Shown in pieces: positions 40,993 through 50,920 of a stretch of DNA of 64,000 nucleotides. The position numbers were made by a program, and so were the translations under genes. Positions within the stretch are counted from its first letter, which is position 1. Each line of letters starts with the position of its first letter. Source of the stretch: Candidatus Algichlamydia australiensis (GTDB lineage Bacteria > Chlamydiota > Chlamydiia > Chlamydiales > JAJFMI01); the NCBI GenBank assembly GCA_033977065.1, contig JAXCHI010000004.1, forward strand, positions 192,001-256,000. Reading direction: 5' to 3'. The notes under the pieces were generated by a model that was not told the origin of the DNA, ran no database searches, and saw only the letters and a list, made by a program, of their open reading frames with translations.

Positions 40993-43089
40993 CTATTTCA
41001 AAAGCGCTTTGCGTGAAAGGCGAATCTGACCACGCTTATTGATCTCCATCACTTTTACTGTCACTTCATCTCCAATATTAAAGAGACCTTCAACAGTTTT
41101 TAAGCGCTCTTGTGAAATCTCAGAAATATGGAGCAGTCCTTCACTACTAAAGATTTTAACAAAGACTCCAAAATCTTTAATTCCTGTCACTTTTCCTGTG
41201 TAGGTTTTACCCTCTTCAACTTCTGAGACAAGATCAAGAATGACTTGTTTAGCTTTCTCAATACTCTCTTTAGAGTTTGAAGTAATGCTAACAAGACCGG
41301 CATCATCAATGTCGACGCTTACGCCAAACTCTTGAATCGCACGGATCTGTTTTCCTCCAGGACCGATCACCGTACCGATCTTACTTGGATGGACGGGAAT
41401 CATTTCGATCTTCGGAGCGTGAACAGAGAGTTCATCTTGCGTCTTAGGACAAGCTTCGAGCATCTTATTTAAGATGTGAATGCGCCCTTCTTTGGCTTGT
41501 GCTAGGGCAACACCCATGATTTTTGGAGTGATCCCTTCAACTTTAATATCAAGTTGGAAGGCAGTAATTCCCTTCTCATCTCCAGTGATCTTAAAGTCCA
41601 TGTCGCCCAATGCATCCTCGATCCCGAGAATATCAGAGAGAATGGAGTAGCTCTCACCTTCAAGAATGAGGCCCATTGCGATTCCTGCAACAGGGCGTCT
41701 GATTGGTACACCCGCTTGCATCATTGCTAAGCAGCCACCGCATACAGAAGCCATTGATGATGAGCCGTTTGACTCTGTGATATTTGACTCTAAGCGAATC
41801 GTGTAAGGAAAATCTTCTTTCGATGGGATTGTTGCAGCCAAAGCGCGTTCAGCAAGCTTTCCGTGTCCCACTTCGCGTCTTGCAGGAGGTCCCATTCGTC
41901 CCACCTCTCCAACCGAATAAGGAGGGAAGAAATACTGGAGATAAAAACGGCGCAAGCCGTCAGCTTCATTCAAACTTTCAAAGCGCTGTCCCATACTTTC
42001 AGAGCCGAGCGTGCAGACAGCTATTGCTTGCGTTTCCCCGCGTGTGAAGAGAGTAGAGCCATGAGTGCGCGGAAGCAGGTCCATATCGATATGAATTGGA
42101 CGAATCTCATTGAGACGTCTACCATCACATCGCTTGCTCTCTTTTAAAATCATCTGGCGCATGTAGTGAGAAGTCACTTTTTTCTGTGCTTTTTTTACAT
42201 CAATTTCGCCAAACTCTTTTTCGCCCTCTTCAGGGAAGAAGTGTTCTGTTACTTTTGTACCGATCGCATCAAGGGCTGAGCCACGCTCATCCTTATCTGC
42301 AATGCGGACAGCTTTTAAGAGATCCTCTTTAACAAGTCCTTCAACTTTTTCAAAGAGACCTTCGGGTAGAGGAGCAATTGTAGAGCGGTTTTTCTCCTTG
42401 CCTACAATTTTTTGCCAATCAGAGAGAGCTTCGCAGATTGTTTTGATCGCTTTGCTTCCCTCTTCAATTGCCTCAAGAATTTGTTCCTCTGTGAAGAAAT
42501 TCGCATACCCCTCAATCATCAGAACAGCATCTTCTGTACCAGCAATCATCAAATCAAGCTGGGTATTCTCCATCTCTTGCACTGTTGGGTTGATGACAAG
42601 CTCTCCGTTGATATGCCCAACGCGAACAGCGGCAACAGGTTTAATTAGGGGAACTTCTGAAATGACAAGAGCAGCAGAAGCGGCACAGATGGCAAGAGGC
42701 TCAGGTCCATTCACTCCGTCATAGGAGAGAACTTTTGAAATGATCTGCAACTCGTTTGTGTAGCCATCTTCAAACATGGGGCGAAGTGGACGGTCGATCA
42801 AGCGCGCAACAAGGATTTCACGCTCTGTAGGGCGCCCTTCACGTTTAATAAATCCGCCAAGAGTTTTACCAGCTGAAGAGAATTTTTCTACATAGTCGAC
42901 GCGCATGGGAAGAAAGTCTCCCCCCATACCCTCTTTTGCAGCGCAAGCTGTCCCCAAAACCATGGTTTCTCCCATAGTGAGAAGAACAGCACCTCCAGCT
43001 TGACGTGCAATGCGCCCGGTTTCGAATGTAAGTTCTTTGCCTGCAACACTAATTGATTTTTTTTTAGGTTCCATTATTTTCCTTATCAT
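40993..43089 (-). CDS. pnp: Polyribonucleotide nucleotidyltransferase
   Basis: GGFIKREGRP, RREVGHG, SNGSSSMASVC, GDMDFK, KH and S1 domains. Confidence 0.98.
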   Translation of the reverse strand: MIRKIMEPKKKSISVAGKELTFETGRIARQAGGAVLLTMGETMVLGTACAAKEGMGGDFLPMRVDYVEKFSSAGKTLGGFIKREGRPTEREILVARLIDRPLRPMFEDGYTNELQIISKVLSYDGVNGPEPLAICAASAALVISEVPLIKPVAAVRVGHINGELVINPTVQEMENTQLDLMIAGTEDAVLMIEGYANFFTEEQILEAIEEGSKAIKTICEALSDWQKIVGKEKNRSTIAPLPEGLFEKVEGLVKEDLLKAVRIADKDERGSALDAIGTKVTEHFFPEEGEKEFGEIDVKKAQKKVTSHYMRQMILKESKRCDGRRLNEIRPIHIDMDLLPRTHGSTLFTRGETQAIAVCTLGSESMGQRFESLNEADGLRRFYLQYFFPPYSVGEVGRMGPPARREVGHGKLAERALAATIPSKEDFPYTIRLESNITESNGSSSMASVCGGCLAMMQAGVPIRRPVAGIAMGLILEGESYSILSDILGIEDALGDMDFKITGDEKGITAFQLDIKVEGITPKIMGVALAQAKEGRIHILNKMLEACPKTQDELSVHAPKIEMIPVHPSKIGTVIGPGGKQIRAIQEFGVSVDIDDAGLVSITSNSKESIEKAKQVILDLVSEVEEGKTYTGKVTGIKDFGVFVKIFSSEGLLHISEISQERLKTVEGLFNIGDEVTVKVMEINKRGQIRLSRKALLK

Positions 43090-43095
43090 ATTTAA

Positions 43096-43164
43096 GTGGA
43101 GGCAAAAATTTCTTTTTAGGGGAGAAAAGATTTTTCTGCCCTAAAAAGAATTTTTGAACTCCAC
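43096..43164 (-). promoter_or_regulatory. Long hairpin in the pnp leader, probable RNase III site
   Basis: GTGGAG..CAAAAATTTCTTTTTAGGG / CCCTAAAAAGAATTTTTG..CTCCAC between rpsO and pnp. Confidence 0.65.
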
Positions 43165-43169
43165 AGGTT

Positions 43170-43204
43170 AAAAAAAAGAAGCGCTAGGAATGCTAGCGCT
43201 TCTT
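43170..43204 (-). terminator. rpsO terminator
   Basis: AAGAAGCGCTAG-N5-CTAGCGCTTCTT stem followed by a U-run on the minus strand. Confidence 0.85.
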
Positions 43205-43231
43205 CAAAACTGTTTCGTTCAAAACTTTCAT

Positions 43232-43501
43232 TTACTTACGCAATTTCAAGCGCTTAATAAGTGTCTGGTAGCGCTTGGTATCTGTAGAGTTCAGATAGTC
43301 AAGAAGCTTACGACGCTGTCCTACAAGCTTAAGTAGAGCTAAACGAGAAGCGTGGTCTTTTGGAGTGCGCTTCAAATGCTCTTGTAGCTCAGTAATGCGC
43401 TCTGTTAAAATTGCAATCTGAACGTCTGCAGATCCTGTATCTTTCTCATGAAGTTGATACTTTTTCGTGATTTCTTCTTTTGTGCCTTTATCGAGGGACA
43501 T
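43232..43501 (-). CDS. rpsO: 30S ribosomal protein S15
   Basis: [30 protein letters not shown]. Confidence 0.98.
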   Translation of the reverse strand: MSLDKGTKEEITKKYQLHEKDTGSADVQIAILTERITELQEHLKRTPKDHASRLALLKLVGQRRKLLDYLNSTDTKRYQTLIKRLKLRK

Positions 43502-43576
43502 GCTTTTACGCTCCAATTTTTAAACGTTAAATCCATTTTACCGAACTAAGGGAAAAAGGGCAAGCGTGTTATACTC

Positions 43577-44059
43577 TTGAGCATGGATGACAAAAAATTT
43601 ATGGAAATGGCTCTTAAGCAGGCAAAAATTGCCTTTACAAAAGGGGAGGTGCCAGTTGGAGCTATTGTGGTCCATCAAGGTAAAGTAATTTCTAGAGCCC
43701 ATAATGGAACAGAGGAGCATCAAGATGCAACACTTCACGCTGAGCTCATGGCCATTCGTCGCGCCTCAGCCTATCTTAAACAGTGGCGTCTTACAGGTGC
43801 AACACTCTATACAACCTTAGAACCTTGTGTGATGTGTGCTGGCGCGCTGCTTCTTTCTCGCGTTGATCGTCTCGTTTACGGCGCAAAAGATTTTCGTCAT
43901 GGGGGAGATGGAAGCCTCATTTCTTTGATGCGTGAAAATCATCCGATTCATACGATAGAAATTGCGTCTGGTGTATGTAAGGAGGAGTCTGCGCAGTTGC
44001 TACGCACATTTTTTAAGGAGCGAAGAGATGAAAAAAGAGATGGTGGAACTTCTCGATGA
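43577..44059 (+). CDS. tadA: tRNA adenosine deaminase
   Basis: GEVPVGA, HAE, TLEPCVMC, FFKERR. Confidence 0.95.
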   Translation: MSMDDKKFMEMALKQAKIAFTKGEVPVGAIVVHQGKVISRAHNGTEEHQDATLHAELMAIRRASAYLKQWRLTGATLYTTLEPCVMCAGALLLSRVDRLVYGAKDFRHGGDGSLISLMRENHPIHTIEIASGVCKEESAQLLRTFFKERRDEKRDGGTSR

Positions 44060-44252
44060 AATGGTGATCTTTCAAGAGAAGAAATTGATGAAAATTGGGT
44101 CGCAAATTATTCCGCATCTGACAACTGACGATATGCTGCAACCCAATGACTTTCCCGAACTTGAAAATCATCCTGAATTTCGCTTTGAGGAGGGTGTGTT
44201 AAAAGGAATCCACACGGCGCGATCGGCCCTTTTGGCGCGAGATCTTTCGTAA
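44028..44252 (+). CDS. Small chlamydial conserved hypothetical protein
   Basis: AAGGAG Shine-Dalgarno; IIPHLTTDDMLQPNDFPELENHPEFRFEEGVL. Confidence 0.75.
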   Translation: MKKEMVELLDEMVIFQEKKLMKIGSQIIPHLTTDDMLQPNDFPELENHPEFRFEEGVLKGIHTARSALLARDLS

Positions 44253-45101
44253 TCTGTAACGCTCCCAGAAGGTAAGCGATTTTTTTCCATGAAGCGCGAT
44301 TTTTTCTAAGCATGCGTCCATGAAAGCCTCATCTTCTAAAACAACTTTTCCTGTTTTAAAATCATAAATCTTACTTCTCTCTGCAAAAGAGTCAGCTGTT
44401 GGCGTGCTTTGCGTTTTTGATTTAACGCGCAGAAGAGCGCTCTCAAATTTATGAAGAGCAAAATAGGGGCTATGCATGCGAAATGTGATCACATTATAGA
44501 GATAGCCAAAAAGCACCGCTGCAGCACTTGAAGCGAAAAAGACATAGTCACCTTCACTAAAAGCGTGGATCCCTTGAAAGGCGAGAAAGCCTGGAATGAG
44601 CCATTTGGTCTTCACAGGAATCATTAAAAAAAGAAGAACTTGTGCGTCGGGAAAGAGGAAAAGCCAGGTGATCAGGAGAGCGGAAATCACACTTGAGGCG
44701 CCAGCTACAATCGTCATTGTGGGGAAGAAGTAGAGGACCGCCATAGCAGTCAAGCCGGAAAAGAGAGCGCTACCAAAAAAAAGAGTATAGAAGTGGCGCA
44801 TGCCCCGCATCTCAATCACCATTTTACCGGTGAAGAGAAGCATATAGCAGGCAAAAAATATGTTGATAAGGAAGCCTAGAGAGATGGCCCCACCGGAGGG
44901 GTAGTAGAATACGTGGGTGATTGCTTGCCAGAGAAGGAGGTTTTTGGCGCCGAGAGGGGAGATGGCAAGAAGGACAGCAGCTGTCTTCGCTATAGGAAAA
45001 GCAGCGAACAGTGCTAGACCCAGAGAGGTTCCAGCTATCAAGTAAATAATAAACTTTAATGGACGTGGAGTCCCGGCAAGGAAAGATCGTGCAAAACTCA
45101 T
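44199..45101 (-). CDS. Rhomboid-like membrane protein
   Basis: LWQAITHVF, AGASS; C-terminal FMDACLEKIALHGKKSLT. Confidence 0.7.
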   Translation of the reverse strand: MSFARSFLAGTPRPLKFIIYLIAGTSLGLALFAAFPIAKTAAVLLAISPLGAKNLLLWQAITHVFYYPSGGAISLGFLINIFFACYMLLFTGKMVIEMRGMRHFYTLFFGSALFSGLTAMAVLYFFPTMTIVAGASSVISALLITWLFLFPDAQVLLFLMIPVKTKWLIPGFLAFQGIHAFSEGDYVFFASSAAAVLFGYLYNVITFRMHSPYFALHKFESALLRVKSKTQSTPTADSFAERSKIYDFKTGKVVLEDEAFMDACLEKIALHGKKSLTFWERYRLRKISRQKGRSRRVDSF

Positions 45102-45245
45102 ATGAGACTATTTTACCATATAACGTTATTTAGTAAAAACGGCATTACAATAATAGGCATATATTTTTTGAAATTCACTTCAAGGTTTGGTAAAATTTCA
45201 AAAACATGATAGAATTCATGTTGAAATCAAAAAGTTGTAGAAAAA

Positions 45246-45908
45246 TTGAGAATTACCGATTTTAATTTTAATGGAAAAAGGTATCAAGCTCAAGATTGGC
45301 CGAATCGCTATACACTGATTAATTTGACGGCAATCGGTAGCGTCTTGCTCGCCTGTGGCCAAGATAGAAATATTTTCTGTGGGAACTCCTTTTATACCCA
45401 TATAATTGCTCAAACCACTTCATTTCTCGCATTATGCTGTTTCGCAAGGCACTATTCTGTTTTGATGCGTAACCGGAATCATAATAATTATATTTCTGAT
45501 TTTTATAGTTTGTTAATTGGTGGTTTAACAGTGCACTATTACAAAAGCTTGAATTGGTTTGGGATCTCTCTCTTGATTCTATGCTTAGAGGCTGTAGAGG
45601 TTGCGAATTTTTATCATTCCTTCACCTCAAGAAGGTTGTTTAACGAAGACGTAGAGCTAGAGCTTAACCAAGTGGGCGATTTGAGAGAGATAAGAAGAGC
45701 TAGAGAGTTCTTAAAGGTTTTGCCAGAAGCAACTTCTGAAGAAATTAAAACTGCTGCAATGAAGGCTCGTAAAGGTTTAGAAAGTGTAGAAGAAAAAATT
45801 CGTCATCCAGGTAAAGAAAAACCTCAGTATTTTGACGATCTAGCCAATGTAATGGTTGGAAATATTCTTTTAGCAGAGAAAACCTGTCTAAGATTCTGCA
45901 AACATTAA
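45246..45908 (+). CDS. Hypothetical membrane protein with J-domain-like C-terminus
   Basis: 3-4 hydrophobic segments, then AREFLKVLPEATSEEIKTA...RHPGK. Confidence 0.55.
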   Translation: MRITDFNFNGKRYQAQDWPNRYTLINLTAIGSVLLACGQDRNIFCGNSFYTHIIAQTTSFLALCCFARHYSVLMRNRNHNNYISDFYSLLIGGLTVHYYKSLNWFGISLLILCLEAVEVANFYHSFTSRRLFNEDVELELNQVGDLREIRRAREFLKVLPEATSEEIKTAAMKARKGLESVEEKIRHPGKEKPQYFDDLANVMVGNILLAEKTCLRFCKH

Positions 45909-46043
45909 AGACCAAAAAAGCAATTTTTTTGAACTACATTAAAATTTAAATTTTATTTTTGCTGTTTCTTTACGATTGTGGCATAGGTTACTGCTTGTCA
46001 TTAATCAATTTTAGGGTTAAAATGGAGCATTACGTATGGAGTT

Positions 46044-46461
46044 ATGATGAAGAAAAATAAGCACCCCAAGTATCAAGAAATTCTTTTTGTCGACACAGCT
46101 ACAGGAACCAAATTTGTATGCGGTTCAACTCTGCAACCCAAAGAGACAGAAAAGTTTGAAGGAAAAGAGTATCCGGTCTACCGCGCTCCGATTACTTCAG
46201 CTTCCCACCCCTTCTTTACTGGCGAGACAAAGTTTGTCGATACCGAAGGACGTCTTGAGAAATTCAAGAAACGTTATGCGCGTGCACCGCAGAAAGTAGA
46301 AGAGAAGAAAGAAGAGGCTGAGACTCCTAAGAAGAAGTTGAAAAAGCCAGCGGCAACAAAAAAAATAGCGGCAGAAAAAGAAACCTGCGGCGAAAAAGCC
46401 AGCGGCGAAAAAACCTGCAGCAAAAAAGCCAGCAACAAAGAAGAAGACGACTGAAGAGTGA
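46044..46461 (+). CDS. rpmE: 50S ribosomal protein L31 type B with KKPAA-repeat tail; apparent 1-bp insertion at 46373-46374
   Basis: [27 protein letters not shown]; the corrected frame ends at TGA 46459-61, overlapping the prfA GTG. Confidence 0.9.
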
Positions 46462-47531
46462 AAGATCGAATCAGCAAACTTCTTACCCGTTTAGACGAGG
46501 TAGAGAAGTTGCTTGGTGATCCTGCGCTCCCTTCAGATAAAAAACGGTATCGCGAAGTAACACAAGAGCACAGTTACTTGAGTGAAATTCGTGAAGCGTA
46601 TCACGTTTTTGAAGAAGAAGAGCGTGCAATTGTTGAGAACGAACGATTGCTGAAAGAGGAGAGCGACCAAGAAATTTTGGAGATGGTGCGCGAAGAACTA
46701 GCGCAACTCAAAGAGAATGCCGTCATCTCAAAAGCGAAGGTAGAAGCACTTCTTGTTCCCCCCGATCCACGTGATAACTTGAATGTTGTCATGGAGCTGC
46801 GCGCTGGAACAGGTGGTGACGAAGCTGCGATTTTTGTAGGTGACTGTGTGCGTATGTACCGTCTCTATGCTGATCAGGTTGGTCTAAAATATGAACTTCT
46901 TTCGGGTACACCTTCCGACGCGGGAGGGTTCAAAGAAATTATCCTGATTTTTTCAGGAAAAAATGCGTTCCGGTTCCTCAAATATGAGGGTGGCACACAC
47001 CGCGTTCAACGCGTACCGGAGACAGAGACACAAGGGCGAGTTCACACTTCTGCAATTACCGTTGCAATTTTGACCGAGCCACTTGAAGAAGATGAAATTG
47101 AGATCAAACCTGATGACCTCAAGATCGATACTTATCGAGCCTCTGGTGCGGGCGGCCAACACGTCAACACCACAGACTCTGCTGTGCGCATCACTCATTT
47201 GCCCACAAATACGGTGGTCACGTGTCAAGAGGAGCGCTCTCAGCATAAAAATCGCGATAAGGCGATGCGTCTTCTTAAAGCAAAAATTTCTGAGACAAAG
47301 CGTCTCGAAGAAGAGAAAAAGCGCGCGGAAGAGCGCTCTGAGCAAGTGGGAACAGGAGACCGCTCAGAAAAAATCCGCACCTACAACTACCCGCAAAATC
47401 GGGTAACGGACCATCGCATTGGCTTAACGCTTTATAAGCTTGACCAGGTGATGCAGGGAGATTTAGAGGAACTTGTTCAAGGAATGCTAAAAGCAGACTA
47501 CGAGAAGAAAATGCAGGGAGATACTGGATAA
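46458..47531 (+). CDS. prfA: Peptide chain release factor 1
   Basis: ELRAGTGGDEA, HRVQRVPETE, GAGGQHVN, DRSEKIRTYN. Confidence 0.98.
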   Translation: MKDRISKLLTRLDEVEKLLGDPALPSDKKRYREVTQEHSYLSEIREAYHVFEEEERAIVENERLLKEESDQEILEMVREELAQLKENAVISKAKVEALLVPPDPRDNLNVVMELRAGTGGDEAAIFVGDCVRMYRLYADQVGLKYELLSGTPSDAGGFKEIILIFSGKNAFRFLKYEGGTHRVQRVPETETQGRVHTSAITVAILTEPLEEDEIEIKPDDLKIDTYRASGAGGQHVNTTDSAVRITHLPTNTVVTCQEERSQHKNRDKAMRLLKAKISETKRLEEEKKRAEERSEQVGTGDRSEKIRTYNYPQNRVTDHRIGLTLYKLDQVMQGDLEELVQGMLKADYEKKMQGDTG

Positions 47532-47677
47532 CTGCTGTGCCGGTAGGTCGAGCCGAAAATTATAAAAAAAGTTATTTGGAGACCGTAAATAACTGCGTAC
47601 AGTTATTGGAGGTTGAAAATAATTTTTTCTAGAATTTCTCGGCCGAGATAGCGGTGCATGAGTTATTCAGTGTTTCC
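47517..47677. mobile_element. MITE family A, copy 3 (opposite orientation to copy 1)
   Basis: GGAGATACTGGATAAC...GTTATTCAGTGTTTCC; supplies the prfA stop codon; no intact target duplication. Confidence 0.8.
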
Positions 47678-47693
47678 TAAAGGGATAAGGGCC

Positions 47694-48551
47694 ATGAGAA
47701 CACTCGAGCAGCTACTCCGTTATTCGCGAAAACGTCTGGAGGAAAAGCGCATCGAGCGTTCACGTCAAGTGGCAGAAGAGATCATCGCTGAAGCTCTTCG
47801 CTTGCCTCGCCTCGCTCTCTATCTCAATTTTGATCGACCCATTGACACAGGAGAAATGCGCCTCTGTCTGCGTCTTTTAGAGCGCAAAGTGCGCGGTGAA
47901 CCCCTAGGCTATCTCTACCGTTACATAGACTTTTTTCACTGTCGCTTAGAAATCAACTCATCCGCTCTCATACCACGCCAGGAGACAGAAATCCTTCTGC
48001 AAAACATCTGCAATATTTTAGATTCTTACGACCTTGAAGGAAAAGAGGCGTGGGATCTCTGCTGCGGAAGTGGTTGCCTTGGTTTAGGTCTTAAAAAACG
48101 CTTTCCTCATCTCAATCTTACACTCTCCGATATTTCCAAAGAGTGCGTGGAACTCGCGCAAAAAAATGCGCAAAAAAACCGTTTACAAGTTCAGCTCTTG
48201 CAGGGGGATCTTCTTGCTCCCTTTGCAGGGAAAAAAGCGCATTTTATTATCGCAAATCCGCCTTACATTTCAGAAGAAGAGTTTGCCTCTTTGCAACCCT
48301 CTGTGCGTAACTTTGAACCACATGCTGCGCTTGTTTCAGGACCAACAGGACTTGAATTTTATCAAAGACTTGAGAAAGAGCTACCAAAATATCTTCACGA
48401 TGGAGCGACAATCTTTTTTGAAATTGGCGCAACTCAGGGAGATGCTCTTCTCAAGCTCTTTTCAAAACCGCACTATAAAAAGACAAAAATTGAAAAAGAT
48501 TGGGCTGGACACGATCGCTTTTTCTTCGCAAAATACGAGGTAGCATGCTAG
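47694..48551 (+). CDS. prmC: Release factor glutamine methyltransferase
   Basis: GEPLGY, LIPRQETE, DLCCGSG, ANPPY, FEIG. Confidence 0.96.
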   Translation: MRTLEQLLRYSRKRLEEKRIERSRQVAEEIIAEALRLPRLALYLNFDRPIDTGEMRLCLRLLERKVRGEPLGYLYRYIDFFHCRLEINSSALIPRQETEILLQNICNILDSYDLEGKEAWDLCCGSGCLGLGLKKRFPHLNLTLSDISKECVELAQKNAQKNRLQVQLLQGDLLAPFAGKKAHFIIANPPYISEEEFASLQPSVRNFEPHAALVSGPTGLEFYQRLEKELPKYLHDGATIFFEIGATQGDALLKLFSKPHYKKTKIEKDWAGHDRFFFAKYEVAC

Positions 48552-49873
48552 GCATTATCACAGAAAAATTTCAAAACCTGGCGGCAAAACTCTCCCGCGA
48601 AAAAAAGCTTACAGAGGAGAACTTGCGAGATGCAGTTCGTGAAGTGCGTCTTGCCCTTTTAGAGGCGGATGTAAACTTTGGCGTTGTCTCTTCTTTTATC
48701 AAACGCGTCAAAGAGAAGGCGATAGGAGAAAGTTCGATTAAAAATGTGACATCTGGCGATCAATTCATTAAAATCGTCCACGATGAACTTATCGCTCTAA
48801 TGGGAGGAGAAGAGCCAAAACTTCATCTCAAAGGGGATCCCACTGTTATCCTTCTTTGCGGATTACAAGGCTCAGGAAAAACAACCACATGTGCCAAATT
48901 AGCCAAGTACCTCGCCAAAAAACCATTTGAGAAAAATCCCCTCATCGCTGCATGTGATCTGCAGCGTGCGGCTGCCATAACACAACTCAAAACCATGGGC
49001 GAGAGTGCAAATGTTCCTGTCTTTGCTTTAGAGGATGAGAAGAGCCCTGTAAAAGTCGCAAAAAAAGCGTACAAGTACGCGAAAGAAAAGGGCCATGATC
49101 TCCTTATTTTAGATACGGCAGGACGCCTACATGTTGATGAAGAGCTGATGAAAGAGCTTACCTCCATCAAAAAAGAGCTTAACCCACAAGAGACTCTCTT
49201 TGTTGCCTCTGCTAGCATGGGGCAAGATGCTGTGAAAACAGCCGCTGCTTTTGACGAGGCTGTCGGCCTTACGGGATCTATCCTGACCATGTTGGATGGA
49301 AACGCTCGTGCCGGAGCTGCCATCTCCATACTTGAGGTAACGGGAAAACCTCTAAAATTTGAGGGAGTTGGAGAAAAAATATCAGAGTTTCAACTTTTTA
49401 ATCCCATATCAATGGCGGATCGCATTTTAGGAAAAGGCGATGTTATCAACCTTGTAAAGAAGGCTGAAGAGCACTTTGATGCAAAAGAGAGTGAGAAACT
49501 TGAAAAAAAGATTCGTAAGGCTGAATTCACTTTTGGCGACTTTTTAAAACAGATGAAAGCGATCAAACGGATGGGTTCAATAAAAGGTTTGATGAAGATG
49601 CTTCCGGGGTTTTCTGGATTTGGTGATTTCGATGTTTCAGAAAAAGAGTTTACGCAAATCGAAGCAATTATCCTCTCCATGACTCCTGATGAGCGAGAAG
49701 ATCATGTAGAACTCCTTCCTTCAAGGCGTAGACGCATTGCTAAGGGGAGTGGAACGAGCCTTGATCGCGTCAATCGTATCATCAAACAGTTCCGACAAAT
49801 GAAGAAATTTCTTAAAAAAATGCCCAAATCTGAAAAGAAATTAGGGAAAATTGCAGGAAAACTTGCACGTTAA
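48545..49873 (+). CDS. ffh: Signal recognition particle protein
   Basis: ALLEADV, GLQGSGKTT, DTAGR, SRRRRIAKGSG. Confidence 0.98.
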   Translation: MLGIITEKFQNLAAKLSREKKLTEENLRDAVREVRLALLEADVNFGVVSSFIKRVKEKAIGESSIKNVTSGDQFIKIVHDELIALMGGEEPKLHLKGDPTVILLCGLQGSGKTTTCAKLAKYLAKKPFEKNPLIAACDLQRAAAITQLKTMGESANVPVFALEDEKSPVKVAKKAYKYAKEKGHDLLILDTAGRLHVDEELMKELTSIKKELNPQETLFVASASMGQDAVKTAAAFDEAVGLTGSILTMLDGNARAGAAISILEVTGKPLKFEGVGEKISEFQLFNPISMADRILGKGDVINLVKKAEEHFDAKESEKLEKKIRKAEFTFGDFLKQMKAIKRMGSIKGLMKMLPGFSGFGDFDVSEKEFTQIEAIILSMTPDEREDHVELLPSRRRRIAKGSGTSLDRVNRIIKQFRQMKKFLKKMPKSEKKLGKIAGKLAR

Positions 49874-49922
49874 CCAAATATTCCGTTAAAATAACCCCAA
49901 TAACCTTGGAATTCAGTAGACT

Positions 49923-50240
49923 ATGGCATTAAAAATTCGATTACGACAGCAGGGACGCCGCAACTCGCGCGAATACCGCATCGTATTAGCAGACACACTT
50001 AGCCCACGTGATGGCAAATGTGTAGAGACACTCGGCTGGTACCATCCTCGTAAAGAGAATGAGGCGAACGCAGAAGTGAAAGAAGATCGCGTGGCTTATT
50101 GGCTAGAAAGAGGCGCAGAACCAACAGAAAAAGTGGTGCACCTCATCGGTCGACTCGCTCCTGAAGCAGCAAAAGCTTGGAGAGAGAGGCAGGCTGCCGC
50201 TCGTGCAAAAAAAGCTGCGAGCCGACGCAAGAAGAAGTAG
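49923..50240 (+). CDS. rpsP: 30S ribosomal protein S16
   Basis: LKIRL, YRIVLAD, PRDGK, GAEPT. Confidence 0.97.
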   Translation: MALKIRLRQQGRRNSREYRIVLADTLSPRDGKCVETLGWYHPRKENEANAEVKEDRVAYWLERGAEPTEKVVHLIGRLAPEAAKAWRERQAAARAKKAASRRKKK

Positions 50241-50242
50241 AG

Positions 50243-50920
50243 ATGGAGCTAACCATTCTCTCTCTTTTTCCTGAATATTTTCAGGGACCTCTTCAAGTTA
50301 GCATGTTGAAGAGAGCAGTAGAGAAAGGATTGCTCCAAATAAATCTTGTTAACATCCGCGATTTTGCGGAGGGGCAGCACGCCCAAGTTGATGAGAGGCC
50401 TTTTGGAGGCGGACCGGGAATGCTGATGATGGCCGGGCCTATTGTCAAAGCGATCCGCAGCCAAAGAAAAAAAGCAAGCCGAGTGATCTACCTCACTCCG
50501 CAAGGCAAACTTCTCACTGCACAAAAGTGCAAAGAGCTAGCCAAAGAAGAGCACCTGATTCTCCTCTGTGGACACTACGAAGGAGTCGATCAGCGCGCCC
50601 TCGACTTAGAAGTTGATGAAGAAATTTCTATCGGCGACTATGTGCTGACTAGCGGTATGCCCGCAGCGCTTGTTGTCCTAGATGCTATCGGCAGACGAGT
50701 CCCCGGAGTTGTGGGGCATCCTGAAGGCGTCCTACAAGACAGCTTTGAGGATGACAATGTATTTGAAGGGCCGCAGTACACCCGCCCAAGAGTTTTTGAG
50801 GGGAAAGAAGCCCCTCCAGTGCTCCTTGAAGGCCACCACAAAAAAATTAAAAAGTGGCGCAAGGAAAAAGGATTAACCAAAGCGAAGAAAATTCGCCCAG
50901 ATTTGGCAGAAAAATTATGA
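50243..50920 (+). CDS. trmD: tRNA (guanine37-N1)-methyltransferase
   Basis: PFGGGPGM, CGHYEGVDQR, SIGDYVL, PQYTRP. Confidence 0.98.
   Translation: MELTILSLFPEYFQGPLQVSMLKRAVEKGLLQINLVNIRDFAEGQHAQVDERPFGGGPGMLMMAGPIVKAIRSQRKKASRVIYLTPQGKLLTAQKCKELAKEEHLILLCGHYEGVDQRALDLEVDEEISIGDYVLTSGMPAALVVLDAIGRRVPGVVGHPEGVLQDSFEDDNVFEGPQYTRPRVFEGKEAPPVLLEGHHKKIKKWRKEKGLTKAKKIRPDLAEKL

Noticed and set aside
47658..47693. prmC N-terminal extension MSYSVFPK
   Set aside because: The ATG lies inside the MITE end; 47694 is the more plausible start
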